64,000 nucleotides of DNA from assembly GCA_964016885.1 (NCBI GenBank), contig OZ024750.1, forward strand, positions 26,784,001-26,848,000. Direction: 5' to 3'. This document shows positions 22,501 to 37,500 of this stretch, in pieces (within the stretch, counting starts at the first letter, position 1; every line of letters starts with the position of its first letter). Source of the stretch: Eledone cirrhosa. Lineage: Eukaryota. The notes beneath the pieces were generated by a model, which was not told the DNA's origin, ran no database searches, and worked only from the letters and a program-made list of their open reading frames with translations. A program made the position numbers and the translations under genes.

Positions 22501-25500
22501 ATCTAGATAAGCCCTTTCTTCACCGCTGTTTAGAGAGTGGTATCCAGTGGAAGACCTTCCTTCACCACTGTTTAGAGAGTGGTATCCAGTGGAAGACCTT
22601 TCTTCACCGCTGTTTAGAGAGTGGTATCCAGTGGAAGACCTTTCTTCACCGCTGTTTAGAGAGTGGTATCCAGTGGAAGCCCTTTCTTCACCGCTGTTTA
22701 GAGAGTGGTATCCAGTGGAAGACCTTTCTTCACCGCTGTTTAGAGAGTGGTATCCAGTGGAAGACCTTCCTTCACCGCTGATTAGAGAGTGGTATCCAGT
22801 GGAAGACCTTTCTTCACCACTGTTTAGAGAGTGGTATCCAGTGGAAGCCCTTTCTTCACCACTGTTTAGAGAGTGGTATCGAGTGGAAGACCTTTCTTCA
22901 CCGCTGTTTAGAGAGTGGTATCCAGTGGAAGACCTTTCTTCACCACTGTTTAGAGAGTGGTATCCAGTGGAAGACCTTTCTGCACCACTGTTTAGAGAGT
23001 GGTATCCAGTGGAAGACCTTTCTTCACCGCTGTTTAGAGAGTGGGATCCAGTGGAAGCCATTTCTCCACCGCTGTTTAGAGAGTGGTATCGAGTGGAAGC
23101 CCTTTCTTCACCGCTGTTTAGAGAATGGTATCCAGTGGAAGACCTTTCTTCACCGCTGTTTAGAGAGTGGTATCCAGTGGAAGACCTTTCTTCACCGCTG
23201 TTTAGAGAGTGGCATCTAATGAAAGCCCTTTCTTCACCGCTGTTTAGAGAGTGTGATCTAGATAAGCCCTTTCTTCACCGCTGTTTAGAGAGTGGTATCC
23301 AGTGGAAGACCTTTCTTCACCGCTGTTTAGAGAGTGGGATCCAGTGGAAGCCCTTTCTTCACCGCTGTTTAGAGAGTGGTATCCAGTGGAAGACCTTTCT
23401 GCACCACTGTTTAGAGAATGGTATCCAGTGGAAGACCTTTCTTCACCGCTGTTTAGAGAGTGGTATCCAGTGGAAGACCTTTCTTCACCGCTGTTTAGAG
23501 AGTGGCATCTAATGAAAGCCCTTTCTTCACCGCTGTTTAGAGAGTGTGATCTAGATAAGCCCTTTCTTCACCGCTGTTTAGAGAGTGGTATCCAGTGGAA
23601 GACCTTTCTTCACCGCTGTTTAGAGAGTGGTATCCAGTGGAAGACCTTCCTTCACCACTGTTTAGAGAGTGGTATCCAGCGGAAGACCTTTCTTCACCGC
23701 TGTTTAGAGAGTGGTATCCAGTGGAAGACCTTTCTGCACCACTGTTTAGAGAATGGTATCCAGTGGTAGACCTTTCTTCACCGCTGTTTAGAGAGTGGTA
23801 TGCAGTGGAAGACCTTTCTTCACCACTGTTTAGAGAGTGTGATCTAGATAAGCCCTTTCTGCACCACTGTTTAGAGAGTGGTATCCAGTGGAAGACCTTT
23901 CTTCACCGCTGTTTAGAGAGTGGTATCCAGTGGAAGACCTTCCTTCACCACTGTTTAGAGAGTGGTATCCAGCGGAAGACCTTCCTTCACCGCTGTTTAG
24001 AGAGTGGTATCCAGTGGAAGACCTTTCTTCACCGCTGTTTAGAGAGTGGTATCCAGTGGAAGCCCTTTCTTCACCGCTGTTTAGAGAGTGGTATCCAGTG
24101 GAAGCCCTTTCTTCACCGCTGTTTAGAGAATGGTATCCAGTGGAAGACCTTTCTTCACCGCTGTTTAGAGAGTGGTATCCAGTGGAAGATCTTTCTTCAC
24201 GGCTGTTTAGAGAGTGGTATCTAATGAAAGCCCGTTCTTCACCGCTGTTTAGAGAGTGTGATCTAGATAAGCCCTTTCTTCACCGCTGTTTAGAGAGTGG
24301 TATCCAGTGGAAGACCTTTCTTCACCGCTGTTTAGAGAGTGGGATCCAGTGGAAGCCCTTTCTTCACCGCTGTTTAGAGAGTGGTATCCAGTGGAAGCCC
24401 TTTCTTCACCGCTGTTTAGAGAGTGGTATCCAGTGGAAGCCCTTTCTTCACCGCTGTTTAGAGAATGGTATCCAGTGGAAGACCTTTCTTCACCGCTGTT
24501 TAGAGAGTGGTATCCAGTGGAAGACCTTTCTTCACCGCTGTTTAGAGAGTGGTATCAAGTGGAAGACCTTTCTGCACCACTGTTTAGAGAGTGGTATCCA
24601 GTGGAAGACCTTTCTGCACCACTGTTTAGAGAATGGTATCCAGTGGAAGACCTTTCTTCACCACTGTTTAGAGAGTGTGATCTAGATAAGCCCTTTCTTC
24701 ACCGCTGTTTAGAGAGTTTGATCTAGATAAGCCCTTTCTTCACCGCTGTTTAGAGAGTGGTATCCAGTGGAAGACCTTCCTTCACCACTGTTTAGAGAGT
24801 GGTATCCAGTGGAAGACCTTTCTTCACCGCTGTTTAGAGAGTGGTATCCAGTGGAAGACCTTTCTTCACCGCTGTTTAGAGAGTGGTATCCAGTGGAAGC
24901 CCTTTCTTCACCGCTGTTTAGAGAGTGGTATCCAGTGGAAGACCTTTCTTCACCGCTGTTTAGAGAGTGGTATCCAGTGGAAGACCTTCCTTCACCGCTG
25001 ATTAGAGAGTGGTATCCAGTGGAAGACCTTTCTTCACCACTGTTTAGAGAGTGGTATCCAGTGGAAGCCCTTTCTTCACCACTGTTTAGAGAGTGGTATC
25101 GAGTGGAAGACCTTTCTTCACCGCTGTTTAGAGAGTGGTATCCAGTGGAAGACCTTTCTTCACCACTGTTTAGAGAGTGGTATCCAGTGGAAGACCTTTC
25201 TGCACCACTGTTTAGAGAGTGGTATCCAGTGGAAGACCTTTCTTCACCGCTGTTTAGAGAGTGGGATCCAGTGGAAGCCATTTCTCCACCGCTGTTTAGA
25301 GAGTGGTATCGAGTGGAAGCCCTTTCTTCACCGCTGTTTAGAGAATGGTATCCAGTGGAAGACCTTTCTTCACCGCTGTTTAGAGAGTGGTATCCAGTGG
25401 AAGACCTTTCTTCACCGCTGTTTAGAGAGTGGCATCTAATGAAAGCCCTTTCTTCACCGCTGTTTAGAGAGTGTGATCTAGATAAGCCCTTTCTTCACCG

Positions 25501-28500
25501 CTGTTTAGAGAGTGGTATCCAGTGGAAGACCTTTCTTCACCGATGTTTAGAGAGTGGGATCCAGTGGAAGCCCTTTCTTCACCGCTGTTTAGAGAGTGGT
25601 ATCCAGTGGAAGACCTTTCTTCACCGCTGTTTAGAGAGTGGTATCTAATGAAAGCCCGTTCTTCACCGCTGTTTAGAGAGTGTGATCTAGATAAGCCCTT
25701 TCTTCACCGCTGTTTAGAGAGTGGTATCCAGTGGAAGACCTTTCTTCACCGCTGTTTAGAGAGTGGGATCCAGTGGAAGCCCTTTCTTCACCGCTGTTTA
25801 GAGAGTGGTATCCAGTGGAAGACCTTTCTTCACCGCTGTTTAGAGAGTGGTATCAAGTGGAATACCTTTCTGCACCACTGTTTAGAGAGTGGTATCCAGT
25901 GAAAGACATTTCTGCACCACTGTTTAGAGAATGGTATCCAGTGGAAGACCTTTCTTCACCACTGTTTAGAGAGTGTGATCTAGATAAGCCCTTTCTTCAC
26001 CGTGGTTTAGAGAGTTTGATCTAGATAAGCCCTTTCTTCACCGCTGTTTAGAGAGTGGTATCCAGTGGAAGACCTTCCTTCACGACTGTTTAGAGAGTGG
26101 TATCCAGTGGAAGACCTTTCTTCACCGCTGTTTAGAGAGTGGTATCCAGTGGAAGACCTTTCTTCACCGCTGTTTAGAGAGTGGTATACAGTGTAAGACC
26201 TTTCTTCACCGCTGTTTAGAGAGTGGTATCCAGTTGAAGACCTTTCTTCACCACTGTTTAGAGAGTGGTATCCAGTGGAAGCCCTTTCTTCACCGCTGTT
26301 TAGAGAGTGGTATCCAGTGGAAGACCTTTCTTCACCGCTGTTTAGAGAGTGGTATCCAGTGGAAGACCTTTCTTCACCACTGTTTAGAGAGTGGTATCCA
26401 GTGGAAGACCTTTCTGCACCACTGTTTAGAGAATGGTATCCAGTGGAAGACCTTTCTTCACCACTGTTTAGAGAGTGTGATCTAGATAACCCTTTTCTTC
26501 ACCGCTGTTTAGAGAGTGTGATCTAGATAAGCCCTTTCTTCACCGCTGTTTAGAGAGTGGTATCCAGTGGAAGACCTTCCTTCACCACTGTTTAGAGAGT
26601 GGTATCCAGTGTAAGACCTTTCTTCTCCGCTGTTTAGAGAGTGGTATCCAGTGGAAGCCCTTTCTTTACGGCTGTTTAGAGAGTGGTATCCAGTGGAAGA
26701 CCTTTCTTCACCGCTGTTTAGAGAGTGGGATCCAGTGGAAGCCATTTCTCCACCGCTGTTTAGAGAGTGGTATCCAGTGGAAGCCCTTTCTTCACCGCTG
26801 TTTAGAGAATGGTATCCAGTGGAAGACCTTTCTTCACCGCTGTTTAGAGAGTGGTATCCAGTGGAAGACCTTTCTTCACCGCTGTTTAGAGAGTGGCATC
26901 TAATGAAAGCCCTTTCTTCACCGCTGTTTAGAGAGTGTGATCTAGATAAGCCCTTTCTTCACCGCTGTTTAGAGAGTGGTATCCAGTGGAAGACCTTTCT
27001 TCACCGCTGTTTAGAGAGTGGGATCCAGTGGAAGCCCTTTCTTCACCGCTGTTTAGAGAGTGGTATCTAATGAAAGCCCGTTCTTCACAGCTGTTTAGAG
27101 AGTGTGATCTAGATAAGCCCTTTCTTCACCGCTGTTTAGAGAGTGGTATCCCGTGGAAGACCTTTCTTCACCGCTGTTTAGAGAGTGGGATCCAGTGGAA
27201 GCCCTTTCTTCACCGCTGTTTAGAGAGTGGTATCCAGTGGAAGACCTTTCTTCACCGCTGTTTAGAGAGTGGTATCAAGTGGAATACCTTTCTGCACCAC
27301 TGTTTAGAGAGTGGTATCCAGTGGAAGACATTTCTGCACCACTGTTTAGAGAATGGTATCCAGTGGAAGACCTTTCTTCACCACTGTTTAGAGAGTGTGA
27401 TCTAGATAAGCCCTTTCTTCACCGTGGTTTAGAGAGTTTGATCTAGATAAGCCCTTTCTTCACCGCTGTTTAGAGAGTGGTATCCAGTGGAAGACCTTCC
27501 TTCACCACTGTTTAGAGAATGGTATCCAGTGGAAGACCTTTCTTCACCGCTGTTTAGAGAGTGGTATCCAGAGGAAGACCTTTCTTCACCGCTGTTTAGA
27601 GAGTGGTATCCAGTGGAAGACCTTTCTTCACCGCTGTTTAGAGAGTGGTATCCAGTGGAAGACCTTTCTTCACCACTGTTTAGAGAGTGGTATCCAGTGG
27701 AAGCCCTTTCTTCACCGCTGTTTAGAGAGTGGTATCCAGTGGAAGACCTTTCTTCACCGCTGTTTAGAGAGTGGTATCCAGTGGAAGACCTTTCTTCACC
27801 ACTGTTTAGAGAGTGGTATCCAGTGGAAGACCTTTCTGCACCACTGTTTAGAGAATGGTATCCAGTGGAAGACCTTTCTTCACCGCTGTTTAGAGAGTGG
27901 TATCCAGTGGAAGACCTTTCTTCACCGCTGTTTAGAGAGTGGTATCCAGTGGAAGCCCTTTCTTCACCGCTGTTTAGAGAGTGGTATCCAGTGGAAGACC
28001 TTTCTTCACCGCTGTTTAGAGAGTGGGATCCAGTGGAAGCCCTTTCTTCACCGCTGTTTAGAGAGTGGTATCCAGTGGAAGCCCTTTCTTCACCGCTGTT
28101 TAGAGAATGGTATCCAGTGGAAGACCTTTCTTCACCGCTGTTTAGAGAGTGGTATCCAGTGGAAGACCTTTCTTCACCGCTGTTTAGAGAGTGGCATCTA
28201 ATGAAAGCCCTTTCTTCACCGCTGTTTAGAGAGTGTGATCTAGATAAGCCCTTTCTTCACCGCTGTTTAGAGAGTGGTATCCAGTGGAAGCCCTTTCTTC
28301 ACCGCTGTTTAGAGAATGGTATCCAGTGGAAGACCTTTCTTCACCGCTGTTTAGAGAATGGTATCCAGTGGAAGACCTTTCTTCACCGCTGTTTAGAGAG
28401 TGGTATCCAGTGGAAGCCCTTTCTTTACCGCTGTTTAGAGAGTGGTATCCAGTGGAAGACCTTTCTTCACCGCTGTTTAGAGAGTGCTATCCAGTGGAAG

Positions 28501-31500
28501 CCCTTTCTTCACCGCTGTTTAGAGAATGGTATCCAGTGGAAGACCTTTCTTCACCGCTGTTTAGAGAATGGTATCCAGTGGAAGACCTTTCTTCACCGCT
28601 GTTTAGAGAGTGGTATCCAGTTGAAGCCCTTTCTTTACCGCTGTTTAGAGAGTGGTATCCAGTGGAAGACCTTTCTTCACCGCTGTTTAGAGAGTGGGAT
28701 CCAGTGGAAGCCATTTCTCCACCGCTGTTTAGAGAGTGGTATCCAGTGGAAGCCCTTTCTTCACCGCTGTTTAGAGAATGGTATCCAGTGGAAGACCTTT
28801 CTTCACCGCTGTTTAGAGAGTGGTATCCAGTGGAAGACCTTTCTTCACCGCTGTTTAGAGAGTGGCATCTAATGAAAGCCCTTTCTTCACCGCTGTTTAG
28901 AGAGTGTGATCTAGATAAGCCCTTTCTTCACCGCTGTTTAGAGAGTGGTATCCAGTGGAAGACCTTTCTTCACCGCTGTTTAGAGAGTGGGATCCAGTGG
29001 AAGCCCTTTCTTCACCGCTGTTTAGAGAGTGGTATCCAGTGGAAGACCTTTCTTCACCGCTGTTTAGAGAGTGGTATCAAGTGGAATACCTTTCTGCACC
29101 ACTGTTTAGAGAGTGGTATCCAGTGGAAGACATTTCTGCACCACTGTTTAGAGAATGGTATCCAGTGGAAGACCTTTCTTCACCACTGTTTAGAGAGTGT
29201 GATCTAGATAAGCCCTTTCTTCACCGTGGTTTAGAGAGTTTGATCTAGATAAGCCCTTTCTTCACCGCTGTTTAGAGAGTGGTATCCAGTGGAAGACCTT
29301 CCTTCACCACTGTTTAGAGAATGGTATCCAGCGGAAGACCTTTCTTCACCGCTGTTTAGAGAGTGGTATCCAGTGGAAGACCTTTCTTCACCGCTGTTTA
29401 GAGAGTGGTATCCAGTGGAAGACATTTCTTCACCGCTGTTTAGAGAGTGGTATCCAGTGGAAGACCTTTCTTCACCACTGTTTAGAGAGTGGTATCCAGT
29501 GGAAGCCCTTTCTTCACCGCTGTTTAGAGAGTGGTATCCAGTGGAAGACCTTTCTTCACCGCTGTTTAGAGAGTGGTATCCAGTGGAAGACCTTTCTTCA
29601 CCACTGTTTAGAGAGTGGTATCCAGTGGAAGACCTTTCTGCACCACTGTTTAGAGAATGGTATCCAGTGGAAGACCTTTCTTCACCGCTGTTTAGAGAGT
29701 GGTATCCAGTGGAAGCCCTTTCTTCACCGCTGTTTAGAGAGTGGTATCCAGTGGAAGACCTTTCTTCACCGCTGTTTAGAGAGTGGTATCCAGTGGAAGA
29801 CCTTTCTGCACCACTGTTTAGAGAATGGTATCCAGTGGAAGACCTTTCTTCACCACTGTTTAGAGAGTGTGATCTAGATAAGCCCTTTCTTCACCGCTGT
29901 TTAGGGAGTTTGATCTAGATAAGCCCTTTCTTCACCGCTGTTTAGAGAGTGGTATCCAGTGGAAGACCTTCCTTCGCCACTGTTTAGAGAGTGGTATCCA
30001 GTGGAATACCTTTCTTCACCGCTGTTTAGAGAGTGGTATCCAGTGGAAGACCTTTCTTCACCGCTGTTTAGAGAGTGGTATCCAGTGGAAGCCCTTTCTT
30101 CACCGCTGTTTAGAGAGTGTTATCCAGTGGAAGACCTTTCTTCACCCGTGTTTAGAGAGTGGTATCCAGTGGAAGACCTTTCTGCACCACTGTTTAGAGA
30201 GTGGTATCCAGTGGAAGACCTTTCTGCACCACTGTTTAGAGAGTGGTATCCAGTGGAAGCCCTTTCTTCACCGCTGTTTAGAGAGTGGTATTCAGTGGAA
30301 GACCTTTCTTCACCGCTGTTTAGAGAGTGGCATCTAATGAAAGCCCTTTCTTCACCGCTGTTTAGAGAGTGGTATCCAGTGGAAGACCTTTCTTCACCGC
30401 TGTTTAGAGAGTGGTATCCAATGGAAGACCTTTCTTCACCACTGTTTAGAGAGTGGTCTCCAGTGGAAGACCTTTCTGCACCACTGTTTAGAGAATGGTA
30501 TCCAGTGGAAGACCTTTCTTCACCGCTGTTTAGAGAGTGGGATCCAGTGGAAGCCCTTTCTCCACCGCTGTTTAGAGAGTGGTATCCAGTGGAAGACCTT
30601 CCTTCACCACTGTTTAGAGAGTGGTATCCAGTGGAAGACCTTTCTTCACCGCTGTTTAGAGAGTGGTATCCAGTGGAAGACCTTTCTTCACCGCTGTTTA
30701 GAGAGTGGTATCCAGTGGAAGCCCTTTCTTCACCGCTGTTTAGAGAGTGGTATCCAGTGGAAGACCTTTCTTCACCGCTGTTTAGAGAGTGGTATCCAGT
30801 GGAAGACCTTTCTGCGCCACTGTTTAGAGAATGGTATCCAGTGGAAGACCTTTCTTCACCACTGTTTAGAGAGTGTGATCTAGATAAGCCCTTTCTTCAC
30901 CGCTGTTTAGAGAGTGTGATCTAGATAAGCCCTTTCTTCACCGCTGTTTAGAGAGTGGTATCCAGTGGAAGACCTTCCTTCACCACTGTTTAGAGAGTGG
31001 TATCCAGTGGAAGACCTTTCTTCACCGCTGTTTAGAGAGTGGTATCCAGTGGAAGACCTATCTTCACCGTTGTTTAGAGAGTGGTATCCAGTGGAAGCCC
31101 TTTCTTCACCGCTGTTTAGAGAGTGGTATCCAGTGGAAGACCTTTCTTCACCGCTGTTTAGAGAGTGGGATCCAGTGGAAGCCCTTTCTCCACCGCTGTT
31201 TAGAGAGTGGTATCCAGTGGAAGCCCTTTCTTCACCGCTGTTTAGAGAATGGTCTCCAGTGGAAGACCTTTCTTCACCGCTGTTTAGAGAGTGGTATCCA
31301 GTGGAAGACCTTTCTTCACCGCTGTTTAGAGAGTGGTATCTAATGAAAGCCCGTTCTTCACCGCTGTTTAGAGAGTGTGATCTAGATAAGCCCTTTCTTC
31401 ACCGCTGTTTAGAGAGTGGGATCCAGTGGAAGCCCTTTCTTCACCGCTGTTTAGAGAGTGGTATCCAGTGGAAGCCCTTTCTTCACCGCTGTTTAGAGAG

Positions 31501-34500
31501 TGGTATCCATTTGAAGACCTTTCTTCACCGCTGTTTAGAGAGTGGTATCCAGTGGAAGACCTTTCTTCACCGCTGTTTAGAGAGTGGTTTCCAGTGGAAG
31601 ACCTTTCTTCACCGCTGTTTAGAGAGTGGTATCAAGTGGAAGACCTTTCTGCACCACTGTTTAGAGAGTGGTATCCAGTGGAAGACCTTTCTGCACCACT
31701 GTTTAGAGAATGGTATCCAGTGGAAGACCTTTCTTCACCACTGTTTAGAGAGTGTGATCTAGATAAGCCCTTTCTTCACCGCTGTTTAGGGAGTTTGATC
31801 TAGATAAGCCCTTTCTTCACCGCTGTTTAGAGAGTGGTATCCAGTGGAAGACCTTTCTTCACCCGTGTTTAGAGAGTGGTATCCAGTGGAAGACCTTTCT
31901 GCACCACTGTTTAGAGAGTGGTATCCAGTGGAAGACCTTTCTGCACCACTGTTTAGAGAGTGGTATCCAGTGGAAGCCCTTTCTTCACCGCTGTTTAGAG
32001 AGTGGTATCCAGTGGAAGCCCTTTCTTCATCGCTGTTTAGAGAGTGGTATCCAATGGAAGACCTTTCTTCACCACTGTTTAGAGAGTGGTCTCCAGTGGA
32101 AGACCTTTCTGCACCACTGTTTAGAGAATGGTATCCAGTGGAAGACCTTTCTTCAGCACTGTTTAGAGAGTGTGATCTAGATAAGCCCTCTCTTCACCAC
32201 TGTTTAGAGAGTGTGATCTAGATAAGCCCTTTCTTCACCGCTGTTTAGAGAGTGGTATCCAGTGGAAGACCTTCCTTCACCACTGTTTAGAGAGTGGTAT
32301 CCAGTGGAAGATCTTTCTTCACCGCTGTTTAGAGAGTGGTATCCAGTGGAAGACCTTTCTTCACCGCTGTTTAGAGAGTGGTATCCAGTGGAAGCCCTTT
32401 CTTCACCGCTGTTTAGAGAGTGGTATCCAGTGGAAGACCTTTCTTCACCGCTGTTTAGAGAGTGGTATCCAGTGGAAGACCTTCCTGCGCCACTGCTTAG
32501 AGAATGGTATCCAGTGGAAGACCTTTCTTCACCACTGTTTAGAGAGTGTGATCTAGATAAGCCCTTTCTTCACCGCTGTTTAGAGAGTGTGATCTAGATA
32601 AGCCCTTTCTTCACCGCTGTTTAGAGAGTGGGATCCAGTGGAAGCCCTTTCTCCACCGCTGTTTAGAGAGTGGTATCCAGTGGAAGCCCTTTCTTCACCG
32701 CTGTTTAGAGAATGGTCTCCAGTGGAAGACCTTTCTTCACCGCTGTTTAGAGAGTGGTATCCAGTGGAAGACCTTTCTTCACCGCTGTTTAGAGAGTGGC
32801 ATCTAATGAAAGCCCTTTCTTCACCGCTGTTTAGAGAGTGTGATCTAGATAAGCCCTTTCTTCACCGCTGTTTAGAGAGTGGTATCCAGTGGAAGCCCTT
32901 TCTTCACCGCTGTTTAGGGAGTGGTATCCAGTGGAAGACCTTTCTTCACCGCTGTTTAGAGAGTGGTATCCAGTGGAAGACCTTTCTTCACCGCTGTTTA
33001 GAGAGTGGTATCTAATGAAAGCCCGTTCTTCACCGCTGTTTAGAGAGTGTGATCTAGATAAGCCCTTTCTTCACCGCTGTTTAGAGAGTGGTATCCAGTG
33101 GAAGACCTTTCTTCACCGCTGTTTAGAGAGTGGGATCCAGTGGAAGCCCTTTCTTCACCGCTGTTTAGAGAGTGGTATCCAGTGGAAGACCTTTCTTCAC
33201 CGCTGTTTAGAGACTGGTATCCAGTGGAAGACCTTTCTTCACCGCTGTTTAGAGAGTGGTATCCATTTGAAGACCTTTCTTCACCGCTGTTTAGAGAGTG
33301 GGATCCAGTGGAAGCCCTTTCTTCACCGCTGTTTAGAGAGTGGTATCCAGTGGAAGCCCTTTCTTCACGCTGTTTAGAGAGTGGTATCCAGTGGAAGCCC
33401 TTTCTTCACCGCTGTTTAGAGACTGGTATCCAGTGGAAGACCTTTCTTCACCGCTGTTTAGAGAATGGTATCCAGTGGAAGACCTTTCTTCACCGCTGTT
33501 TAGAGAATGGTATCCAGTGGAAGACCTTTCTTCACCGCTGTTTAGAGAGTGGGATCCAGTGGAAGCACTTTCTTCACCGCTGTTTAGAGAGTGGTATCCA
33601 GTGGAAGCCCTTTCTTCACCGCTGTTTAGAGAGTGGTATCCAGTGGAAGCCCTTTCTTCACCGCTGTTTAGAGAGTGGTATCCAGTGGAAGACCTTTCTT
33701 CACCGCTGTTTAGAGAATGGTATCCAGTGGAAGACCTTTCTTTACCGCTGTTTAGAGAATGGTATCCAGTGGAAGACCTTTCTTCACCGCTGTTTAGAGA
33801 GTGGGATCCAGTGGAAGCCCTTTCTTCACCGCTGTTTAGAGAGTGGTATCAAGTGGAAGCCCTTTCTTCACCGCTGTTTAGAGAATGGTATCCAGTGGAA
33901 GACCTTTCTTCAACGCTGTTTAGAGAGTGGTATCCAGTGGAAGACCTTTCTTCACCGCTGTTTAGAGAGTGGTATCTAATGAAAGCCCTTTCTTCACCGC
34001 TGTTTAGAGAGTGTGATCTAGATAAGCCCTTTCTTCACCGCTGTTTAGAGAGTGGTATCCAGTGGAAGACCTTTCTTCACCGCTGTTTAGAGAGTGGGAT
34101 CCAGTGGAAGACCTTTCTTCACTGCTGTTTAGAGAATGGTATCCAGTGGAAGCCCTTTCTTCACCGCTGTTTAGAGAGTGGTATCCAGTGGAAGCCCTTT
34201 CTTCACCGCTGTTTAGAGAATGGTATCCAGTGGAAGACCTTTCTTCACCGCTGTTTAGAGAACGGTATCCAGTGGAAGACCTTTCTTCACCGCTGTTTAG
34301 AGAATGGTATCCAGTGGAAGACCTTTCTTCACCGCTGTTTAGAGAATGGTATCCAGTGGGAGACCTTTCTTCACCGCTGTTTAGAGAATGGTATCCAGTG
34401 GAAGACCTTTCTTCACCGCTGTTTAGAGAGTGGGATCCAGTGGAAGCCCTTTCTTCACCGCTGTTTAGAGAGTGGTATCCAGTGGAAGCCCTTTCTTCAC

Positions 34501-37500
34501 CGCTGTTTAGAGAATGGTATCCAGTGGAAGACCTTTCTTCACCGCTGTTTAGAGAATGGTATCCAGTGGAAGCCCTTTCTTCACCGCTGTTTAGAGAATG
34601 GTATCCAGTGGAAGACCTTTCTTAACCGCTGTTTAGAGAATGGTTTCCAGTGGAAGACCTTTATTCACCGCTGTTTAGAGAGTGGGATCCAGTGGAAGCC
34701 CTTTCTTCACCGCTGTTTAGAGAGTGGTATCCAGTGGAAGCCCTTTCTTCACCGCTGTTTAGAGAATGGTATCCAGTGGAAGACCTTTCTTCACCGCTGT
34801 TTAGAGAATGGTATCCAGTGGAAGACCTTTCTTCACCGCTGTTTAGAGAATGGTATCCAGTGGAAGACCTTTATTCACCGCTGTTTAGAGAATGGTATCC
34901 AGTGGAAGACCTTTCTTCACCGCTGTTTAGAGAATGGTATCCAGTGGAAGACCTTTCTTCACCGCTGTTTAGAGAATGGTATCCAGTGGAAGACCTTTCT
35001 TCACCGCTGTTTAGAGAATGGTATCCAGTGGAAGACCTTTCTTCACCGCTGTTTAGAGAATGGTATCCAGTGGAAGACCTTTCTTCACCGCTGTTTAGAG
35101 AATGGTATCCATTGGAAGACCTTTCTTCACTGCTGTTTAGAGAGTGGTATCCAGTGGAAGACCTTTCTTCACCGCTGTTTTGAGAGTGGGATCCAGTGGA
35201 AGCCCTTTCTTCACCGCTGTTTAGAGAGTGGTATCCAGTGGAAGCCCTTTCTTCACCGCTGTTTAGAGAATGGTATCCAGTGGAAGACCTTTCTTCACCG
35301 CTGTTTAGAGAGTGGGATCCAGTGGAAGCCCTTTCTTCACCGCTGTTTAGAGAGTGGTATCCAGTGGAAGCCCTTTCTTCACCACTGTTTAGAGAATGGT
35401 ATCCAGTGGAAGACCTTTCTTCACCGCTATTTAGAGAATGGTATCCAGTGGAAGACCTTTCTTCACCGCTGTTTAGAGAGTGGGATCCAGTGGAAGCCCT
35501 TTCTTCACCGCTGTTTAGAGAGTGTGATCCAGTGGAAGCCCTTTCTTCACCGCTGTTTAGAGAGTGGTATCCACTGGAAGCCCTTTCTTCACCGCTGTTT
35601 AGAGAATGGTATCCAGTGGAAGACCTTTCTTCACCGCTGTTTAGAGAGTGGGATCCAGTGGAAGCCCTTTCTTCACCGCTGTTTAGAGAGTGGTATCAAG
35701 TGGAAGCCCTTTCTTCACCGCTGTTTAGAGAATGGTATCCAGTGGAAGATCTTTCTTCACCGCTGTTTAGAGAGTGGGATCCAGTGGAAGACCTTTCTGC
35801 ACCACTCTTTAGAGAGTGGTATCCAGTGGAAGACCTTTCTTCACCGCTGTTTAGAGAGTGGTATCCAGTGGAAGACCTTTCTTCACCGCTGTTTAGAGAG
35901 TGGTATCCAGTGGAAGACCTTTCTTCACCGCTGTTTAGAGAGTGGTATCAAGTGGAAGACCTTTCTGCACCACTGTTTAGAGAGTGGTATCCAGTGGAAG
36001 ACCTTTCTGCACCACTGTTTAGAGAATGGTATCCAGTGGAAGACCTTTCTTCACCACTGTTTAGAGAGTGTGATCTAGATAAGCCCTTTCTTCACCGCTG
36101 TTTAGGGAGTTTGATCTAGATAAGCCCCTTCTTCACCGCTGTTTAGAGAGTGGTATCCAGTGGAAGACCTTCCTTCGCCACTGTTTAGAGAGTGGTATCC
36201 AGTGGAATACCTTTCTTCACCGCTGTTTAGAGAGTGGTATCCAGTGGAAGACCTTTCTTCACCGCTGTTTAGAGAGTGGTATCCAGTGGAAGCCCTTTCT
36301 TCACCGCTGTTTAGAGAGTGTTATCCAGTGGAAGACCTTTCTTCACCCGTGTTTAGAGAGTGGTATCCAGTGGAAGACCTTTCTGCACCACTGTTTAGAG
36401 AGTGGTATCCAGTGGAAGACCTTTCTGCACCACTGTTTAGAGAGTGGTATCCAGTGGAAGCCCTTTCTTCACCGCTGTTTAGAGAGTGGTATCCAGTGGA
36501 AGACCTTTCTTCACCGCTGTTTAGAGAGTGGCATCTAATGAAAGCCCTTTCTTCACCGCTGTTTAGAGAGTGGTATCCAGTGGAAGACCTTTCTTCACCG
36601 CTGTTTAGAGAGTGGTATCCAGTGGAAGACCTTTCTTCACCGCTGTTTAGAGAGTGGTATCCAATGGAAGACCTTTCTTCACCACTGTTTAGAGAGTGGT
36701 CTCCAGTGGAAGACCTTTCTGCACCACTGTTTAGAGAATGGTATCCAGTGGAAGACCTTTCTTCAGCACTGTTTAGAGAGTGTGATCTAGATAAGCCCTC
36801 TCTTCACCGCTGTTTAGAGAGTGTGATCTAGATAAGCCCTTTCTTCACCGCTGTTTAGAGAGTGGTATCCAGTGGAAGACCTTCCTTCACCACTGTTTAG
36901 AGAGTGGTATCCAGTGGAAGACCTTTCTTCACCGCTGTTTAGAGAGTGGTATCCAGTGGAAGACCTTTCTTCACCGCTGTTTAGAGAGTGGTATCCAGTG
37001 GAAGCCCTTTCTTCACCGCTGTTTAGAGAGTGGTATCCAGTGGAAGACCTTTCTTCACCGCTGTTTAGAGAGTGGTATCCAGTGGAAGACCTTTCTGCGC
37101 CACTGTTTAGAGAATGGTATCCAGTGGAAGACCTTTCTTCACCACTGTTTAGAGAGTGTGATCTAGATAAGCCCTTTCTTCACCGCTGTTTAGAGAGTGT
37201 GATCTAGATAAGCCCTTTCTTCACCGCTGTTTAGAGAGTGGTATCCAGTGGAAGACCTTCCTTCACCACTGTTTAGAGAGTGGTATCCAGTGGAAGACCT
37301 TTCTTCACCGCTGTTTAGAGAGTGGTATCCAGTGGAAGACCTTTCTTCACCGCTGTTTAGAGAGTGGTATCCAGTGGAAGACCTTTCTTCACCGCTGTTT
37401 AGAGAGTGGGATCCAGTGGAAGCCCTTTCTCCACCGCTGTTTAGAGAGTGGTATCCAGTGGAAGCCCTTTCTTCACCGCTGTTTAGAGAATGGTCTCCAG